In this document: in pieces, positions 9,660 to 18,542 of the stretch
Position numbering within the stretch: position 1 is the first letter of the stretch
Layout of the letters: the number at the start of each line of letters is the position of its first letter
From: an uncultured bacterium
Lineage (GTDB): Bacteria > Verrucomicrobiota > Kiritimatiellia > RFP12 > UBA1067
Length of the DNA stretch: 64,000 nt
NCBI GenBank assembly: GCA_902780865.1
Contig: CACZHC010000001.1
Span: 3,554-67,553 of the forward strand
Direction: 5' to 3'
Position numbers and translations under genes: made by a program
Notes under the pieces: model-generated
Databases searched by the model: none
Seen by the model: only the letters and a program-made list of their open reading frames with translations
Told to the model about the DNA's origin: nothing

Positions 9660-11459
9660 GTGAACAAGAGTGTAATATTGCATATGCCATGCGTCGCGCT
9701 TGCCGCGTTTTTGACGGTTTCCGCCGCGGCTGCGAACCTCGTGCCGGAGGGGAAGCGCGATTTCGACGTGCCGTTCAAGGGCGCTGGACAGATGAGTCTC
9801 GTCTACACGCCTGTCTTCTTCCCGAAGGGGACTGCGGGTGTCGTCGTGAGCGGCGAGGCGAAGTGGAGTGACGTCGTGCGCGGCGACAAGAGCTGGTTCG
9901 ATGCGCGCATAATGACCGACTTCATCGACTCGAAGTGCAAGAAAGTGAATGGCGGCCCGGTCATCGGTGGCTGGCACGGAAAAGGAGGGGAGTGGCGGGT
10001 TTTCCGCAAGTCTATCAAGGTTCCGGAGGGCGCGGAGGGGATCGCGCTGATGCCATGCCTTTTCAATGTCAAGTCTGGCGCGCTCGCCATTCGCGGCCTT
10101 TCCGTCGAGGCGCAGGAAAAGTACGAGGAGCTTCCCGAGGAGAAGGCGAAGCGCGAGGCCGAGGAGGCGAAGCGCACTGCCAACTGGGAGAGGCGCAAGA
10201 ACAAGGCGAAGGAGCGTCTGGAAAGGGACGGTACGCTCATCCCAGCGCAGGACGAGCCCTACGCGAAACTCGTTTCAAAGGAGCCAGGCAAGCTCGTCAA
10301 CGCCTACAAGGAGTATGACGTACCTGCGGGCGTCGAGGCGCTGAAGTTCTCCTGGAAGTGGGAGGTCAAAAACCTCAAGACAGGCGCCAAACCCTGGTTC
10401 GACGCGCGCGTCCTATTCAAGTTCAAGGACGCTTCCGGCAAGGAGGTCAAGAACCCGGGTCCGGTATACACGCAGCGCAATACGCAGGGCTGGCAGGATC
10501 GCGAGACGTCGTTCCTCGTGCCGCCCGAGGCCGTGACTTTCGTCGTCATGCCGTGCCTCTTCCAGGTCAATTCTGGCGAGATGGAGATGAAGGACGTCAG
10601 CTGTGTCGCAACCTCCGCCGAACCGCTCCACCGCGCCGCGGCTGAGCGCGAGCGCCAGATCAAGGCGCGTTTCGTGCCCGACGAACCAGAGAATCGCGCG
10701 AAGTGGCCGAAGATGGTCAAGGTCGAGGGCAATCGGCTCGTGGACCCCGACGGCAACGAAGTGTGGCTCCAGGGCGTCAACGCCGGCGGTATGGAGACGA
10801 TTCCGAACGGCGCGCAGGAGACGAAGTCTACGGTCGTAGCCATCGACGAGTGGAAGTCGAACTGCATACGCCTGCCGATCAACGAGGCCCACTGGTTCGG
10901 CACGGGCGTCTATTCGCCGGACGACGGGGGCAAGGCGTTCCGCGATGCGTGCGACAAGATCGTCCGCCTCGCCGCAAACCGCGGCGCATACGTCGTCATA
11001 GACCTTCACCGCTTCCGTGCGCCGAAGGCGGAGCACGTCGCGTTTTGGAAGGACTGCGCGGCGCACTACAAGGATCATCCGGCCGTCCTCTTCGATCTCT
11101 TCAACGAACCGCACGGAATCAGCTGGGAGGTGTGGCGCAACGGCGGATGGGTCGGCGAGGCGGGGAAGGTTGACGAGTCCGCGTTTCTCACGGCGGAGGA
11201 AAAGAAAAAGAACCAGGGATTCGAGTCGGTCGGAATGCAGGCGCTCGTGGACGCCGTTCGTTCTACTGGCGCAAAGAACGTCGTGATCGCTGGTGGACTC
11301 TATTGGGCGAATGACTTGACGGGCATCGAGAGCGAGGCAATAGAGAAGGGCGAGGCGAAGAGCTACCGGCTCGACGAGAAGGGCGGCAACGGACCACTGG
11401 CACAAGGGCTGGGCGCGGATTCTCCCGGTCGCCGCGAAGCATCCGATATTCCTCGGTGA
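9660..11459 (+). CDS. Secreted GH5-family glycoside hydrolase with two tandem CBM-like N-terminal domains; reading frame broken near 11350-11405
   Basis: GTG start with ggagg RBS. Two repeated ~110-aa modules (..[12 protein letters not shown].. / ..[12 protein letters not shown]..). Catalytic domain [25 protein letters not shown]...VVIDLHRF...[11 protein letters not shown] contains the GH5 acid/base motif NEP. The in-frame ORF stops at 11459 without a nucleophile motif. Confidence 0.6.
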   Translation: MNKSVILHMPCVALAAFLTVSAAAANLVPEGKRDFDVPFKGAGQMSLVYTPVFFPKGTAGVVVSGEAKWSDVVRGDKSWFDARIMTDFIDSKCKKVNGGPVIGGWHGKGGEWRVFRKSIKVPEGAEGIALMPCLFNVKSGALAIRGLSVEAQEKYEELPEEKAKREAEEAKRTANWERRKNKAKERLERDGTLIPAQDEPYAKLVSKEPGKLVNAYKEYDVPAGVEALKFSWKWEVKNLKTGAKPWFDARVLFKFKDASGKEVKNPGPVYTQRNTQGWQDRETSFLVPPEAVTFVVMPCLFQVNSGEMEMKDVSCVATSAEPLHRAAAERERQIKARFVPDEPENRAKWPKMVKVEGNRLVDPDGNEVWLQGVNAGGMETIPNGAQETKSTVVAIDEWKSNCIRLPINEAHWFGTGVYSPDDGGKAFRDACDKIVRLAANRGAYVVIDLHRFRAPKAEHVAFWKDCAAHYKDHPAVLFDLFNEPHGISWEVWRNGGWVGEAGKVDESAFLTAEEKKKNQGFESVGMQALVDAVRSTGAKNVVIAGGLYWANDLTGIESEAIEKGEAKSYRLDEKGGNGPLAQGLGADSPGRREASDIPR

Positions 11460-11709
11460 AGTTGGCGCTGCGCCGCGCGAGGAAATGACTTTCATACCGT
11501 TCGAACAGAAGGAGGACCCGTACACGTTCGCCCCCGACATGCTCGGGTTCATCCAGAAGCACCGCATCAACTGGACGGGATGGTGCTTCCATCCGAAGGC
11601 GGGCCCCTGCATGATCAGGAGCTGGGACTACGACCCGACGCCGTACTGGGGCGAGTTCGCGCGCCGCGCCCTATCCGGCGAGAAGTTCGAGATGAAGAGA
11701 ATGCGATGA
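11342..11709 (+). pseudogene. C-terminal GH5 fragment in the +1 frame (..[49 protein letters not shown]..), evidence of a frameshift in the GH5 gene
   Basis: The frame starting after TAG at 11341 encodes the GH5 nucleophile motif FLGEVG, continuous with track ORF 11485..11709. Together with 9660..11459 this reconstitutes a complete GH5 domain. Confidence 0.5.
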
Positions 11710-13772
11710 GCGGCGTCGGAATCGCGCTTTCGGCGCTTTTGAGCGTCACAAATGTGCCTGGATACTACGCCTGCTACACCGAGGCGGTTACAGGCACCGT
11801 CGAGGTGCAGCGGCGCGTTCTTGCGATGCCGTCGAACGAATGTGTGCGCGGCAATTCGACGTATGTCAACACAGAGCGTTTCCTTCTCGGCCCGGACAAT
11901 CCGCATTGGCTGGAGCTGCGGGGGCCAGAGTATGCCGCGAAGCTGAAGGAGTGGAGGTCTGCGGCGGAAAGGGCGGTAGAGGCGGCTGCATCGCGCCCGC
12001 ATCCGCGTCTTTTCGCGACAGATGCGGACTTCGCACGCCTTAGGGAGGACGCGAAAGCCGACCCGCTTGTGAAACCGGCCGCCGATCGCATCATTGCAGA
12101 TGCAGAGGTGTATCTTTCCGCGAAACCGGTTGAACGTGCGATGAGCGGATACCGTCTTCTCGGTCCGGCCCGCAAGGCACTTACGCGGCTTGCAACGCTG
12201 TCGATGGCGTATCGCCTGACGGGCGACGCTCGCTATGTGCGCAGGGCCGAACGCGAAATAGAGGCGGTTGCCGCGTTTTCGGACTGGAACCCCGGGCACT
12301 TCCTGGACGTCGCCGAGATGTCGGTTGGCGTTGCCGTCGCCTATGACTGGCTCTATGACGCGCTTAAGCCGGAGGTCCGCGCCCTTGCGGCGCATGCGCT
12401 TCGCGACAAGGCGCTCGGTGCGACCGCGCCGCATCCACCCTGGACGCGGCTGCGCAACAACTGGGTGCAGGTCGGTTCCGCCGGCGTAGTCGCCGCAGCC
12501 GCCGCGCTGGCCGATCTTGAAAAAGACCTCTGTGCCATTCATCTCGCGGACGTCATCGAGTCGCTTCCGGAGGCGGAAGGAGTAGTCGCTCCCGACGGCG
12601 GTTTTCCCGAGGGGCCGAGTTACTGGAAATTCGGCTTCACCTTCAACGTGTTCGCGCTCGACATGATGAAGAGCGCGTTCGGAACCGACTTTGGCCTCTC
12701 GGAACTTCCGGGATTCCGCGAGACGGGATCGTTTCCGTCGCTCATGACCGGCCCATCCGGGCAGTTCTTTGCCTTTTCGGACGGTCATCCTGCCCGGCCC
12801 CAGATTTCGGCGCTTTGGTGGTTTGCCGTCCGGTTCGGCGATCCATCGTTCGTCGATGACCATGAAAAGCGCCTTTTCGCGAGGATGTGCGCTCTCCGCG
12901 CGGCTGGCGCAGAGGATGAGAACGACGTTCCACGCGACTTCCCGATCGGGCTGCTCTGGGTCGACGCCTATTCGCGGATGTCGAAAGCCGGGGTGTCGCC
13001 ATGCGGCAAGAACGGACCGTCCGTAGTGGTTCTGCGCGGCGAGATGCCCTTGGCGGTCCTGCGCGATGCGCCAGCGGACACGAACGGCATATACATTGCG
13101 ACAAAAGGCGGTTCGCCTTCCTACAACCACGGACATGCAGACGAAGGAACGTTTGTCCTCGACATGCTGGGCGAACGCTGGGCCTACGATCTCGGTGCTG
13201 AAGACTATACGGCAATTGAGCGTGCCATCGGCGCGAGTGCTCTTTGGTCTCCCGAGCCGGACTCCCGCAGGTGGACGCTATTTCGCCTCGGCACACAGGG
13301 TCACAACACGCTGACGATAGGCGGGCAAGGACAGTATTCGAAGGGTTTTGCGACTATATCGCAGCCGGAGGGCGGAGTTGTCGAGGTCAATCTCTCGGAA
13401 CTCTATCCAATGGCGAAGAGCGTTGTTCGCCGATTCCACATCGATGAAAGCTTCTATATCGAAGATTCCATCTGTGGCGTCGCGCCTGGCACCGTCGTGC
13501 GCTGGGCGATGGTGACGGATGCCGAAGTCTCGGTTTGGAACGACTTGCTGCCAGTGGCCGCGCTTAGGAAAAACGGCAAGACAATGAAGATTCTTTTCGG
13601 ATCCAACGGGGCGCCCGGCGAGCGCCGCGTGTCCGTTCGCGAGGCACGTCCCGAAAATGCCCATGAGAAGCAGAACGACGGGTTTAGGCAGGTCGTTTTC
13701 GAGTTCAAGACACAGGACGAGCCGGCAGAGTGCAGTGCCTTGTTCTGCGAGAGTATTACGATTGAAAAGTGA
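11706..13772 (+). CDS. Heparinase II/III-like polysaccharide lyase family protein (alginate-lyase-like N-domain plus heparinase II/III C-domain)
   Basis: [14 protein letters not shown].. N-terminus. [26 protein letters not shown] (alpha/alpha toroid), and [23 protein letters not shown] / GHNTLTIGG resembling the HxHxDxGSF motif of heparinase II/III-like proteins. Start overlaps the end of the GH5 fragment. Confidence 0.55.
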   Translation: MSGVGIALSALLSVTNVPGYYACYTEAVTGTVEVQRRVLAMPSNECVRGNSTYVNTERFLLGPDNPHWLELRGPEYAAKLKEWRSAAERAVEAAASRPHPRLFATDADFARLREDAKADPLVKPAADRIIADAEVYLSAKPVERAMSGYRLLGPARKALTRLATLSMAYRLTGDARYVRRAEREIEAVAAFSDWNPGHFLDVAEMSVGVAVAYDWLYDALKPEVRALAAHALRDKALGATAPHPPWTRLRNNWVQVGSAGVVAAAAALADLEKDLCAIHLADVIESLPEAEGVVAPDGGFPEGPSYWKFGFTFNVFALDMMKSAFGTDFGLSELPGFRETGSFPSLMTGPSGQFFAFSDGHPARPQISALWWFAVRFGDPSFVDDHEKRLFARMCALRAAGAEDENDVPRDFPIGLLWVDAYSRMSKAGVSPCGKNGPSVVVLRGEMPLAVLRDAPADTNGIYIATKGGSPSYNHGHADEGTFVLDMLGERWAYDLGAEDYTAIERAIGASALWSPEPDSRRWTLFRLGTQGHNTLTIGGQGQYSKGFATISQPEGGVVEVNLSELYPMAKSVVRRFHIDESFYIEDSICGVAPGTVVRWAMVTDAEVSVWNDLLPVAALRKNGKTMKILFGSNGAPGERRVSVREARPENAHEKQNDGFRQVVFEFKTQDEPAECSALFCESITIEK

Positions 13773-13795
13773 CGTTTCCACAATTTATGGCGATT

Positions 13796-13818
13796 GCCCC
13801 TTGCCTTTCAGGGGGGGC
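13796..13818 (+). terminator. Weak GC hairpin (GCCCC..loop..GGGGC) after the lyase gene
   Basis: Short stem, large loop, no clear T-run. Confidence 0.25.
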
Positions 13819-13829
13819 TTATGATATAC
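13819..13829 (+). promoter_or_regulatory. Extended -10 promoter element TGATATACT upstream of rpsT
   Basis: Matches the TGnTAnAnT pattern, 36 nt upstream of the rpsT ATG. Confidence 0.35.
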
Positions 13830-13865
13830 TACGCGCGAACATTCCCACAAAAAGGATAAGAAAAG

Positions 13866-14141
13866 ATGGCTAATATAAAGGGTGGCCGCGCTGCAAGGAA
13901 GCGCGACCGGCAGAACGAAAAGGCCCGCAAGCGCAATGCGGTCTGCAAGGCGAAGCTCCACGACGCGCACAAGAAGCTCTTCAAGTTCGCTGATGCGAAC
14001 AACAAGGAAGATGCTGAGAAGAAGTTCAAGGAATTTGTCTCCGGTCTCGACAAGGCCGTGAAGAAGGGCATCATCACGAAGAACACGGCTGATCGCAAGA
14101 AATCGCGCGCTCAGCTCAAGCTCAACAAGATGGCCAAGTAA
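13866..14141 (+). CDS. rpsT: 30S ribosomal protein S20
   Basis: MANIKGGRAARKRDRQNEKARKRN...KKGIITKNTADRKKSRAQLKLNKMAK; length and basic composition match bS20. Confidence 0.85.
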   Translation: MANIKGGRAARKRDRQNEKARKRNAVCKAKLHDAHKKLFKFADANNKEDAEKKFKEFVSGLDKAVKKGIITKNTADRKKSRAQLKLNKMAK

Positions 14142-14175
14142 AATAATTCAGGGAATACGGGAATGTGATGGCGAA

Positions 14176-14210
14176 GGGCATCGGAATGAATACCATTCTG
14201 GTGCCCTTTG
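14176..14210 (+). terminator. Putative rpsT terminator hairpin (GGGCATCGGAATG / CATTCTGGTGCCC) followed by TTTG
   Basis: Imperfect 13-bp stem with a 5-nt loop, read from sequence. Confidence 0.4.
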
Positions 14211-14263
14211 TAATTACAACCCGGCTTAAATAACTTCAACGCAAATAGAAAGGAAACAAAGAA

Positions 14264-15577
14264 ATGGACAAGAAGACTCTCCGCGACGTCGAGCTCAAGG
14301 GCAAGCGCGTCGTCATGCGTGTTGATTTCAACGTGCCGATGGCCAAGGACGGCTCCGGCAAGATCACCGACGACACCCGCATCGTCGCGGCGCTGCCGTC
14401 GATCAAGTACGTCCTCGAGCAGGGCGGCTCGCTCGTCCTCATGTCGCACCTCGGCCGTCCGAAGGGCGTCAAGCTCGGCGCGGCTCCGAACCCCGACAAT
14501 GCGGCGTTCACGCTGAAGCCCGTCGCAGAGGCGCTTTCCGAGAAGCTCGGGCTCCAGGTCAAGTTCGTCCCCGACTGCATGGCGGCCGACGATGTCGTCA
14601 AGGCGCTCAAGCCCGGCGAAGTCGCGCTCCTCGAGAACACCCGCTTCTACAAGGCCGAGGACGGCAAGGTCAAGAAGGATGACGAGAAGAAGGGCATCCA
14701 CCTCACCGACGAGGAGTTCGCGGCGAAGAAGGCCGAGCTCAAGGCGCAGCGCGCCGAGATGGCGAAGAAGCTCGCTTCCTACGGCGATCTCTACTGCAAC
14801 GACGCGTTCGGCACGGCTCACCGCGCCCACGCTTCGACCGCCGTCATTGCCGACTACATCCAGCCCGCGGTCTCTGGCTTCCTTCTCGAGAAGGAGATCC
14901 AGTTCCTCGGTGATGCGGTCGAGAACCCGGTCCGCCCGTTCGTCGCCATCCTCGGCGGCGCCAAGGTCTCGGACAAGCTCGCGGTCGTCAAGGCGCTTCT
15001 CAACAAGGTCGACACGCTCATCATTGGCGGCGGCATGGCCTACACCTTCAAGAAGGCCCAGGGCATCAAGATCGGCACGTCGCTCTGCGAGGACGAGCAG
15101 GTCGCCTACTGCAAGGAGATGCTCGCCGCGGCTGACGCGAAGGGCATCAAGATCCTCCTCCCCGTCGACAACGTGATCGCGAACAAGTTCCCCGAGACGA
15201 AGGACGCGTCCGACATCGAGATGAAGCTCTGCGAGGGCGACATTCCCGACGGCTGGATGGGTCTCGACATCGGCCCGAAGTCTGTCGCCCTCTTCGCTGA
15301 CGCCGTGAAGGGCGCGAAGACGGTCGTCTGGAACGGGCCTATGGGCTGCTTCGAGTTCGCGCCGCTCTCCAAGGGCACCTACGGCGTCTGCGACGCGGTT
15401 GCGACCGTCAAGGCGAACGGCGGCACGTCGATCATCGGCGGCGGCGACTCGGTGAGCGCGGTCAAGAAGAGCGGCAAGGCGGCCGAGATGAGCCACGTCT
15501 CCACCGGCGGCGGCGCGTCCCTCGAGTTCCTCGAAGGGAAGGTCCTCCCCGGCGTCGCGGCTCTCACCGCGAAGTAA
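14264..15577 (+). CDS. pgk: Phosphoglycerate kinase (long form with insertions)
   Basis: [56 protein letters not shown]...[32 protein letters not shown]; canonical PGK motifs throughout. Confidence 0.93.
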   Translation: MDKKTLRDVELKGKRVVMRVDFNVPMAKDGSGKITDDTRIVAALPSIKYVLEQGGSLVLMSHLGRPKGVKLGAAPNPDNAAFTLKPVAEALSEKLGLQVKFVPDCMAADDVVKALKPGEVALLENTRFYKAEDGKVKKDDEKKGIHLTDEEFAAKKAELKAQRAEMAKKLASYGDLYCNDAFGTAHRAHASTAVIADYIQPAVSGFLLEKEIQFLGDAVENPVRPFVAILGGAKVSDKLAVVKALLNKVDTLIIGGGMAYTFKKAQGIKIGTSLCEDEQVAYCKEMLAAADAKGIKILLPVDNVIANKFPETKDASDIEMKLCEGDIPDGWMGLDIGPKSVALFADAVKGAKTVVWNGPMGCFEFAPLSKGTYGVCDAVATVKANGGTSIIGGGDSVSAVKKSGKAAEMSHVSTGGGASLEFLEGKVLPGVAALTAK

Positions 15578-15600
15578 TGCGCTGACGGCGAGTCAGGAAA

Positions 15601-15641
15601 CCGCCCTCCCCGCGTGTGCGAGGAGGGCGATTTTTGTTTTT
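15601..15641 (+). terminator. Rho-independent terminator of pgk (CCGCCCTCC..GGAGGGCG stem plus ATTTTTGTTTTT)
   Basis: GC-rich 8-9 bp stem followed by a T-run. Confidence 0.7.
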
Positions 15642-15662
15642 CCCCTGTTCTTCGGGCGCAGA

Positions 15663-15673
15663 TGTGGTATAAT
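15663..15673 (+). promoter_or_regulatory. Extended -10 promoter TGTGGTATAAT for the two-component operon
   Basis: Perfect TATAAT with an upstream TG, 20 nt upstream of the response-regulator ATG. Confidence 0.5.
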
Positions 15674-15693
15674 TGCGCCAAAGAGGACAAAGG

Positions 15694-16326
15694 ATGAAGA
15701 AGATAAAGGTGCTTATAGTCGACGACCATGCGGTAGTGCGAATGGGACTCAAGTACGCGCTTTCCCTCTTCGTGGACATTGAACTCGCCGGCGAGCTTGC
15801 GGATGGAGAAGGCGCGGCAGAGCTCATGAAGCGCTCGGGTGCGGATGTAGTTTTGCTCGACATCAGGATGCCGGGCAAGGACGGCATAGCAACGCTCGGC
15901 GAGATGCTTGCCGCCGATTCTTCCGCGAAGGTCGTGATGCTCACGACGAGTTCCATGGAGGAAGACGTCTATGCCGCGCTCAACGCCGGTGCGAAGGGGT
16001 ATGTCCTCAAGGACCGCAATCCCGAGAACATCGTCAAGGCCATTCGCGCCGTCGCGGAAGGCGGCACGTTCATTCCCGACGACATCAAGGCCATTTACAA
16101 GGCGAGGAGCGAGGAGCCCGAGCTCACGCCTGCCGAACGCGAGGCTGTCGCTCTGCTCGTCCAGGGGCTCAACAACAAGGCGATGGCCGCAAAGCTCGGA
16201 ATATCCGAGGACGGCGTCAAGGTGCGGCTCAAGCACGCCTACGAGAAGCTTGACGTCAGCGACCGCGCAGGCGCGATCGCCGTTGCCATCAAGAGAGGCA
16301 TCGCCCGTCCCTCGGGCATGGTGTAG
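15694..16326 (+). CDS. Two-component response regulator, NarL/FixJ (LuxR-HTH) family
   Basis: MKKIKVLIVDDHAVVRMGL..VVLLDIRMPGKDG receiver domain. C-terminal LTPAEREAVALLVQGLNNKAMAAKLGISEDGVKVRLKHAYEKL is a LuxR/GerE HTH. Confidence 0.85.
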   Translation: MKKIKVLIVDDHAVVRMGLKYALSLFVDIELAGELADGEGAAELMKRSGADVVLLDIRMPGKDGIATLGEMLAADSSAKVVMLTTSSMEEDVYAALNAGAKGYVLKDRNPENIVKAIRAVAEGGTFIPDDIKAIYKARSEEPELTPAEREAVALLVQGLNNKAMAAKLGISEDGVKVRLKHAYEKLDVSDRAGAIAVAIKRGIARPSGMV

Positions 16327-16336
16327 CCGGCAGTCG

Positions 16337-18418
16337 ATGAAACGCGTCCTGACAGTCCTGTTCGCGACTATCGCCGTTTCTGCCTTCGCGCTGCCGCGCG
16401 TGAAGGTCGCGGACATCCTCGCCATGGACGCAGACGAAATCGCCGCGTGCGGGAAATGCGAACTCGAGGTCCAGGTGGCGTTCGTGATACCGTGGGTGAA
16501 CAATGCCTTTGTGGCCACCGATGTCGGCGACGCGGACGGCCATGCGCTATATTTCGCGGCGTTCACTGATCCGCAGCCGGGAATGTTCGACAGCGTCGAG
16601 GCCGGCGACATAATGAAGGTGATCGGCACGCCCGACCCCATGCTGCTCGAACCCGGAATCGAGTTCGACAGCGCCAAGTTCATCTCGCACGCCGATCTCC
16701 CGCCGCCTCGCACGAGGTCTGTGCTCGGAATAAAGGCGGGACACTTCAACAACTGCCGCGTGCGCGTGCGCGGCGTGTGCGTGTCGGCGGCATACGGCAA
16801 CGCGACTGGAAAGCCGGCATTTCTACTGTGGCTCTCGACCTCGGACGGCGAGATACGCGTGCGCGTGCGCACGAACGACTTCTCCCCGGAGGCTCTCCGC
16901 GACGCGGAAGTCGAGGTTGACGGGGTGGTTGTCCCGATCTTCAACCCTCGCCACGAGTTCATCGGCGCGGAGATTGAGGGGTTGAATGCACAATCGCTGA
17001 CTGTCGCGAAGGCGCCGCCAGACGACCCGTTCTCGGTGCCGGAGTGCGATACCTCGGCGCTTCTCGCGTGGAGTCCGCGCGGGCGCAGGCTCCACGCCTG
17101 CCGCGTAATGGGCGAGGTCACGTGCGTCTACGCCGAAGACGGCATGTTCACCGTCCAGCGCGGGAAGGCGTCGGCGAGAGTGTTCGCGGAAGGTGCGCTT
17201 CCTGAGGCCGGGGACATGGTGGAGGCGGCGGGATTTCCCGTCAGCCGCGGCGAATGCGGCGCGCTCGTCGGCGCAAAATGGCGGCACACGGACGCCGTCC
17301 TCGAACCGGCGAAGATCCACAGGCTTTCTCTCGCCACGGGCTCTGCCTTCGACATCGGCGGATTCAGGTTCGACAACGATCTGCAGTTCCGCCTCGTGGA
17401 GATGACGGGGAGGGTCGTTGACGCCCATTCGATGCGCGATCTGCACGGCAAGCTCGTTATCGACGTCGACGGGCAGAATGTGGAAGTGATACTTCCTCCG
17501 GCTGGCGGCGGAAAGCTGCCGTCGGGCATCAAGGACCTGCCGCTCGTTCGTGTGCGCGGCGTATTGGACGCGCATGTCTCGCTCGGCAACGACACCGACA
17601 GGATGTTCAGCTTCGAGGGCTACCGTCTGCACACGAGGCGCGCCGACGACATTGCGCTTCTCCCCGACTGGCAGTGGGGCGTGCGGAGGGCGCTCGGCTT
17701 CGCGTGGATCGCGTTTCTCTCGGTTCTTGTCGCGTTCTTCGTCTTCGTCGCCGTCGTTGCGTTTCGTCGCCACCACGCGCGCGTCGGCGCCGAGGCGATA
17801 GCGGCCGACAGGCGGCGCATCGCGGCGGAGCTTCATGACACGATATCGCAGCACATCTCGGGCGCGAAGCTGTGGGTGTATTCGGCTAAGATGGCTGCCG
17901 GCGACAAGCTTGCGCCGGGCGCGGCAGATGCGCTCGTGATGGCGGAGAACGTTCTCGAGGCTACGCGGCGCGAGATTCGCGACGCCATCATGGATCTCCA
18001 GAGCGATGATTTTGTCTCGCAGTCGCCTGAGTCGCTTCTGCGGCGCATCTGCCGCGACGCCTCGGCTCCAGGTAAGACGCGAGTTCGCAGCTTTCTGCGC
18101 GGCCTCCCCGCGGATCTTCCGATCATGGTGAAGCGCGATCTCCTCGCCATCGTGTCGGAGGCGATAGGGAACGCCGTGAAACACGGCGGCGCGGCGAACG
18201 TGATCGTGGTGAGCGAGGGCGACGGGGCGGGCGCGTTCACGATAGACGTCCTCAACGACGGCGAGCCGTTTTCGGCGGACGCCGCGCCCGGCCCGGAGAA
18301 GGGGCATTTCGGCATCTCCAATATGCGCGAGCGCGCGGCGCGCTCTGGCATGATGCTGACATTCGGCCAGAAGCGCGGCTACGTCGCGGTTACCCTTCAG
18401 TTCCGGCCAAAGTCGTAG
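16337..18418 (+). CDS. Sensor histidine kinase (HisKA_3/HATPase, NarL-partner type) with a ~400-aa extracytoplasmic sensor domain and one TM segment
   Basis: MKRVLTVLFATIAVSAFA signal/anchor. TM segment GFAWIAFLSVLVAFFVFVAVVAF. H-box RRRIAAELHDTISQHISGAKL. ATPase motifs IVSEAIGNAVKHGGA ... GHFGISNMRERA. Confidence 0.8.
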   Translation: MKRVLTVLFATIAVSAFALPRVKVADILAMDADEIAACGKCELEVQVAFVIPWVNNAFVATDVGDADGHALYFAAFTDPQPGMFDSVEAGDIMKVIGTPDPMLLEPGIEFDSAKFISHADLPPPRTRSVLGIKAGHFNNCRVRVRGVCVSAAYGNATGKPAFLLWLSTSDGEIRVRVRTNDFSPEALRDAEVEVDGVVVPIFNPRHEFIGAEIEGLNAQSLTVAKAPPDDPFSVPECDTSALLAWSPRGRRLHACRVMGEVTCVYAEDGMFTVQRGKASARVFAEGALPEAGDMVEAAGFPVSRGECGALVGAKWRHTDAVLEPAKIHRLSLATGSAFDIGGFRFDNDLQFRLVEMTGRVVDAHSMRDLHGKLVIDVDGQNVEVILPPAGGGKLPSGIKDLPLVRVRGVLDAHVSLGNDTDRMFSFEGYRLHTRRADDIALLPDWQWGVRRALGFAWIAFLSVLVAFFVFVAVVAFRRHHARVGAEAIAADRRRIAAELHDTISQHISGAKLWVYSAKMAAGDKLAPGAADALVMAENVLEATRREIRDAIMDLQSDDFVSQSPESLLRRICRDASAPGKTRVRSFLRGLPADLPIMVKRDLLAIVSEAIGNAVKHGGAANVIVVSEGDGAGAFTIDVLNDGEPFSADAAPGPEKGHFGISNMRERAARSGMMLTFGQKRGYVAVTLQFRPKS

Positions 18419-18423
18419 TGTAG

Positions 18424-18486
18424 TACACTTTCGTGTATGCGCTTCCTGTTTTCTTTTGCTGCCGTGATTATACTTTTGGATATTCC
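18424..18486 (+). promoter_or_regulatory. Promoter box copy 1: inverted repeat TACAC-TTTC-GTGTA with downstream TTTTGGATATTC -10-like element (longer spacing than the other copies)
   Basis: Read from sequence. A 10-codon uORF (MDCARITRKD) lies between the box and the main ATG at 18543. Confidence 0.45.
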
Positions 18487-18542
18487 TTTCCGCGATGGAT
18501 TGTGCTAGAATAACGAGAAAAGACTAGAGGGAGATTGACAAA

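Noticed and set aside
13796-13818. Candidate intrinsic terminator after the lyase gene
   Set aside because: Kept only as a low-confidence feature. The stem is short, the loop is large, and no T-tract follows.
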